The translations under genes and the position numbers were made by a program. Below, piece by piece: positions 63,333-64,000 of a DNA stretch of 64,000 bases; position 1 is the first letter of the stretch; each line of letters begins with the position of its first letter. Below the pieces are notes generated by a model, which was not told the origin of the DNA, did no database searches, and saw only the letters and a list, made by a program, of their open reading frames with translations. Source of the stretch: Octopus bimaculoides (lineage: Eukaryota); assembly GCF_001194135.2 (NCBI RefSeq), contig NC_068989.1, positions 70,370,780-70,434,779 of the forward strand. Reading direction: 5' to 3'.

Positions 63333-64000
63333 TTTATGGTTTGATAATAATAGTTCGCTAAAGGACTTGCAGTTCCATGCATGAATAATTTGCCTTTGTC
63401 ACATGAATTGCTCCTATACTTACTTCACATTACTGTTTCTGCATGGCAGCTTTATCTTAAACAATAATTCTCAACTGCACCCAAAATATCCCAGGACAGA
63501 TTAGCTGTCTGTATCCAGGATGAAGAGAAACAACTTTTGCAACTTCAATATGCAATGGTAAAGTGGCATGTTATAAGAGAAAATTACCGAAATAACCCAG
63601 TGGGAGATATCCTATATGAGGAACAACAAGCATTTGTTCAGTCATCCCTCAAAAGTGAATTTGTTTCAAAGTAAACCACTTATTCATTAATTATTGTTAC
63701 CTATTAACTATTATGAATGACTGAATTCAGTTAACGTCCAATCGGTTTGGGTAACATGTTCGGCATTTTATGTGGTTTTAAAAGCACCTTTTTAAAAATA
63801 CTTTTTTTAAAAACTGTCTTCGGATTTTGTTTGTTTTGAACGTTAGATTCAGAATCTGCAAAAAAATTCTTTTTTTTTTCTTTTAAAAACAAAAACAATA
63901 AGGAATCTCAATCCATTTATATATAATAATCATGGATAATGAACAAAATATCTTGTAATAGCGGTTATTTTCAAAATTTATTTAAGATGAAAATGTATTT

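Overview
AT-rich eukaryotic genomic DNA, dense in microsatellites and SINEs, with three N-gaps. The repeat families and composition suggest an octopod cephalopod (inference, not database-checked). One protein-coding gene is well supported: an RBM12/RBM12B-like RNA-binding protein on the minus strand (4150-8544, 1464 aa). Its whole CDS sits in one exon with a strong splice acceptor 3 nt upstream of the ATG. It has five quasi-RRM domains and an ~875-aa low-complexity linker between RRM1 and RRM2. The other ~55 kb looks like intronic or upstream sequence filled with transposon relics: a decayed RTE LINE and its 3'-end fragments, tRNA-headed SINE families, an internally deleted Helitron, Tc1/mariner remnants and MITEs, piggyBac-like TTAA MITEs, and weaker Bel/Pao, Penelope and Harbinger traces. 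The best leads are (i) the RBM12 exon possibly being the alternative last exon of a much larger transcription unit starting beyond the right edge, (ii) the expanded mixed-charge repeat region, and (iii) several long inverted repeats that could form dsRNA. No CRISPR array, rRNA or true tRNA gene was found. I cannot show a new biological system from sequence alone; candidate extra exons are low-confidence.
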